Position numbers and translations under genes: made by a program. DNA of 57,811 nt from an uncultured virus (IMG/VR IMGVR_UViG_3300042539_000942) (taxonomy: Duplodnaviria > Heunggongvirae > Uroviricota > Caudoviricetes). Under the pieces are notes generated by a model that ran no database searches, had not been told where the DNA came from, and saw only the letters and a list, made by a program, of their open reading frames with translations. Shown in pieces: positions 55,513 through 57,811 of this stretch (its first letter is position 1; each line of letters begins with the position of its first letter). The stretch is from IMG/VR virus record IMGVR_UViG_3300042539_000942. One strand, 5' to 3'.

Positions 55513-57811
55513 ATGGCTGTTAACAAGAATTTTGTTGTCAAGAACGGTTTAGAAGTTGACGGAAAAACTTTATTCGTAGATGCAGTCAATAATAGGGTCG
55601 GTGTTGCCACTACAATTCCCAGTTATGATTTTGAGGTTGACGGAAAGGCAAACATTAAGGATCAGTTAATTTCCAGGAATGCAATTCTTGGTGTTACTAC
55701 AGCAGGAACTGTCGGAATTACAACTCTGACAGTTGTTAACACCAATGTATCTGGAACTGCAACCATTAATGGTGCAAACATTACATCTCTAAGTGTTACT
55801 GGCAACTCTACCATTGGTAATGATACGTCAGATACTGTTGCAATTAATGCACAAGTTTCATCTAACTTTGATCCTGCAACAACTGACATTTATGACATTG
55901 GTGCTGCAAAAAGATGGAGAGACATCACAGCAGCACGAACAATTAATGCTACTACATTCATTGGTGCTGGTGTTAGTGTTACTGGCGTTACTACAGCAAG
56001 AACATTCAATGGATCTCACGTAAATGTCTCTGGCGTATCGACATTTACCAACGGTCCAATTCTTTTAGGATCTGGGACAACTACAGGAACACTGGGTCAA
56101 ACTTTACAAGTCACTGGTGGTGCTTATGTTTCTGGTAATACTGGATTAGGAACAACAAATCCAACATCAAAATTACACATCATTGGCGATACGTTAGTTA
56201 CTGGCGTATCAACAGTAGGAACTGCTTTAACAGTAGTTGGTCCTGCTAAGTTTGATAATAACATCACTGTAACTGGTATCACAACAGTAGGAACTGCTTT
56301 ATCGGTTATTGGACCTGCTAAGTTTGATAATAATATTACCGTTACTGGTATCGCAACAGTAGGAACTGCTTTAAGTATCGTTGGACCTGCTAAGTTTGAT
56401 AACAACATTGCAGTCACTGGTGTCTCTACATTTACTGGTGATGTATTAGTATCTGGTTTTGCTACAGTTACTAAGGCAGCAATCTTCAGTAGTGATGTTA
56501 ATGTATCTGGTTTTGTTACAGTTACTAAGGCAGCAATCTTTAGTAGTGATGTTAATGTATCTGGTGCTACAACTGTTGGTGCTGCTTTAACTGTTGCTGG
56601 TCCCACAAAACTCAATACACATTTAGCAGTCACTGGTGTCTCTACATTTACTGGTGATGTATTAGTATCTGGTTTTGCTACAGTTACTAAGGCAGCAATC
56701 TTCAGTAGTGATGTTAATGTATCTGGTGCGACTTCGGTAAGGTCTTTGAGTATTGGATCTACTCAAGTTATTAGCAATGATAGACAACTTCAAAACATTG
56801 TCTCATTAGATGCTATCACAACAGCAACAATTGAAACTGCAATTGTAAATGCTCCAAGTAGTTTTACCGACTTGACAGTCACAGGAATTACTACTTTTGT
56901 GAATGGTCCTGTAATGGTTGGTTCTGGGACTTCAACAGGAACAGCATCTCAAACACTCCAAGTTACTGGTGGTGCTTATGTTTCTGGTAACACTGGTATC
57001 GGAACCACAAATCCAACATCGAAACTTCATGTCATTGGTGATGCGTTAGTTACTGGCGTATCAACAGTAGGAACAGCATTAAGTGTTATTGGACCTGCTA
57101 AGTTTGATAATAACATTGCAGTTACTGGTGTTTCTACATTCACTGGAACCGTTAATGCAGGGTTCATCACAGCATCTAATGCTTACATCACTGGAGTCAC
57201 AACAGTAGGAACTCTGATCTTTGACTCAATCGGAGGTAGTTCTGGTGCTGTTCTCCCATCTATCACTAACACATTCTTAAGTGTAAGTGGTGTTGCTACA
57301 ATTAATCAGGCAAACATCACTACATTAAGTGTTTCTGGCGTTTCTACTTTTACCAATGGACCAGTATTTGTTGGATCAGGAACTTCTACAGGAACATCAG
57401 ACCAAAAACTTCAAGTAACTGGTGGTGCTTATGTTTCTGGTAACACTGGTGTCGGAACCACAAATCCAACATCGAAACTTCATGTCATTGGTGATGTTAA
57501 TGTATCTGGTGCTACTACTGTTGGTGCTGCTTTAACAGTTGTTGGTTCTGCTAAGTTTGATAACAACATTGCAGTCACTGGTATTGCTACTGTAGGAACT
57601 GCTTTAAGTATCGTTGGACCTGCTAAGTTTGATAATAACATTGCAGTCACTGGTGTTTCTACATTCACTGGAACAATCAACGCTGGATTCATCACAGCAA
57701 CCAATGCTTACATTTCTGGCGTTACGACTGTTGGGACATTAATCTTTGACTCCATTGGTGGTAGTTCTGGTGCTGTTCTTCCTTCTATTACCAACACATT
57801 CTTAAGTGTAA
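55513..57811 (+). CDS. Repeat-rich tail fibre protein; 3' end outside window
   Basis: MAVNKNFVVKNGLEV; no stop seen to the end of the window; repeated LQVTGGAYVSGNTGxGTTNPTSKLH and GPAKFDNNIxVTG units; GATAAATA at 55471-78. Confidence 0.85.
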   Translation, partial: MAVNKNFVVKNGLEVDGKTLFVDAVNNRVGVATTIPSYDFEVDGKANIKDQLISRNAILGVTTAGTVGITTLTVVNTNVSGTATINGANITSLSVTGNSTIGNDTSDTVAINAQVSSNFDPATTDIYDIGAAKRWRDITAARTINATTFIGAGVSVTGVTTARTFNGSHVNVSGVSTFTNGPILLGSGTTTGTLGQTLQVTGGAYVSGNTGLGTTNPTSKLHIIGDTLVTGVSTVGTALTVVGPAKFDNNITVTGITTVGTALSVIGPAKFDNNITVTGIATVGTALSIVGPAKFDNNIAVTGVSTFTGDVLVSGFATVTKAAIFSSDVNVSGFVTVTKAAIFSSDVNVSGATTVGAALTVAGPTKLNTHLAVTGVSTFTGDVLVSGFATVTKAAIFSSDVNVSGATSVRSLSIGSTQVISNDRQLQNIVSLDAITTATIETAIVNAPSSFTDLTVTGITTFVNGPVMVGSGTSTGTASQTLQVTGGAYVSGNTGIGTTNPTSKLHVIGDALVTGVSTVGTALSVIGPAKFDNNIAVTGVSTFTGTVNAGFITASNAYITGVTTVGTLIFDSIGGSSGAVLPSITNTFLSVSGVATINQANITTLSVSGVSTFTNGPVFVGSGTSTGTSDQKLQVTGGAYVSGNTGVGTTNPTSKLHVIGDVNVSGATTVGAALTVVGSAKFDNNIAVTGIATVGTALSIVGPAKFDNNIAVTGVSTFTGTINAGFITATNAYISGVTTVGTLIFDSIGGSSGAVLPSITNTFLSV
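56030..57811 (+). repeat. Nested coding repeats in the fibre gene (72-nt, 54-nt and larger modules; exact 102-bp duplicate at 56410-56511 and 56626-56727)
   Basis: Direct comparison of the sequence lines. Confidence 0.85.

Noticed and set aside
56200..57811. Possible CRISPR array or DGR template/variable repeat pair
   Set aside because: The repeats are in-frame coding units without unique spacers, differences are mostly synonymous and not adenine-specific, and no reverse transcriptase is in the window.
1..57811. Stop-codon reassignment or prophage/integrase signatures
   Set aside because: Core genes end at TAA, TAG and TGA at expected lengths, no suppressor tRNA is present, and no integrase or host flank is seen.

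Overview
This window is 57.8 kb of an AT-rich T4-like cyanophage (cyanomyovirus, Kyanoviridae-type) genome; both ends cut through genes. Left to right: (1) 1-14.7 kb, a tightly coupled 15-gene nucleotide-sugar/glycosyltransferase cluster (RfbH-type dehydrase, three SDR epimerases, GT11, GT6, GT2/GT8-like, two GT4-like domains, GT25, a kinase and a nucleotidyltransferase-HAD fusion) with tRNA-Gly; (2) 14.8-17.2 kb, two hli genes, small ORFs and a cyanobacterial Som-type porin; (3) 17.2-21.7 kb, a late lysis-like region (C39-like peptidase and GH24 lysozyme sharing an N-terminal domain, small membrane proteins) facing a 4-gene minus-strand operon of exported proteins; (4) psbA split by a 202-nt group I intron, followed by a free-standing EndoVII-type homing endonuclease; (5) speD, glutaredoxin, putative internal head proteins, thyX, phoH, exonuclease, gp33, gp59, gp32; (6) baseplate/tail genes (gp53, gp48, gp2, gp4, tube-like, gp26/gp51, tail lysozyme, M23 peptidase, hub, gp5), tRNA-Leu, tRNA-Thr, a 1882-aa structural protein and a repeat-rich fibre gene running off the end. 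The best leads are: a probable SD-stimulated -1 frameshift fusing gp26 to gp51 (lambda G/GT-like); an ORF-less promoter-hairpin-terminator unit whose ~50-nt RNA is near-complementary to the host sRNA Yfr1 motif; strong, regionally variable depletion of the tetramer ATAT; a shared promoter architecture with HLR1-like boxes before hli, porin and psbA; and a protein carrying a near-perfect T4 capsid-targeting sequence. All calls come from reading motifs by eye; no database searches or computed counts were possible.
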